From assembly GCF_018977255.1 (NCBI RefSeq), contig NW_024704747.1:25606001-25670000 (forward strand): a stretch of DNA of 64,000 nucleotides, in the 5' to 3' direction. Positions 63,405 to 64,000 of this stretch are shown here, one piece after another (the first letter of the stretch is position 1; each line of letters starts with the position of its first letter). A program made the translations under genes and the position numbers. The notes below the pieces were generated by a model. It was not told the origin of the DNA. It searched no databases and saw only the letters and a program-made list of their open reading frames with translations. Source of the DNA: Callorhinchus milii (Eukaryota).

Positions 63405-63457
63405 ACAACAGCCACTTGCATTCATACAGTGTCCTTCACATGGGGTAGTGTCTCCAA
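63405..63457 (-). mobile_element. L2-type 3' tail
   Basis: caacagccacttgcattcatacagtgtccttcacatggggtagtgtctcc. Confidence 0.55.
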
Positions 63458-64000
63458 TGGTTGCATGAGTTACAATTGTTCTGTCCATTTTATTTTGTCC
63501 AGAATTTAATTGCATTTTGTGTTTTTTCTAATGAGTTTGCATCTTATCCCTGATGTTGCAAAGTTAGCTTTAAACCTAAATTTGAGCTAATGTCACTCGG
63601 AGGACGATTGTTCAAACTCATTTGCAGGTTATGGATGCTTAGGGAGGGTCAAATATTTTATAATTGACCCAATTCTATTCCTACAAGCTCGTGAGCAAGT
63701 CCAGATTCCACACATCAGCTGATGTCTCTTGTGTCTTTGTGTATTTTTGCTGCAGATTGTAGCTGGCAGGGCCCTGAGAAGGTTTGATGTGCACTCATAG
63801 CCCTCTGTTGAACAGCAACATACTCACACAAGCTTTGAGCATCACGATAAAATAAAAGGATTAAAGCTAATAATGATTTGTTGTAATTTATCCACATTTC
63901 TTCTCAACTCAGTCATACAGTCATACCAGCCTAAGAAGCACATAAATCATAGCATGGTCATCAATGTAACTCATATATTTGAGACATAATCATGAGATGT

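Overview
AT-rich, CpG-depleted vertebrate DNA with no intact protein-coding gene, tRNA/rRNA gene or CRISPR array that I can support; the supplied ORFs are mostly noise or LINE remnants. The repeat content (tRNA-derived CORE-like SINEs, Deu-domain SINEs, L2 and CR1/HER1-like LINE 3' ends) fits a cartilaginous fish, probably a chimaera such as Callorhinchus (inference from recalled consensus sequences, not a search). The main hidden feature, absent from the ORF track, is a heavily decayed intron-containing Kelch-like (KLHL-type) gene on the + strand at ~5.2-12.2 kb. Manual frameshift-tolerant translation gives an unusual architecture: three tandem BTB-BACK modules followed by about nine Kelch repeats, with residual splice sites and retroposons inserted in an exon. 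The rest looks like intergenic or long-intron sequence with candidate enhancers (RFX cluster, homeodomain-rich blocks), CTCF-like motifs, nested retroposons, local duplications and a perfect 36-bp hairpin. All protein alignments were made by eye and need HMM/tblastn confirmation.
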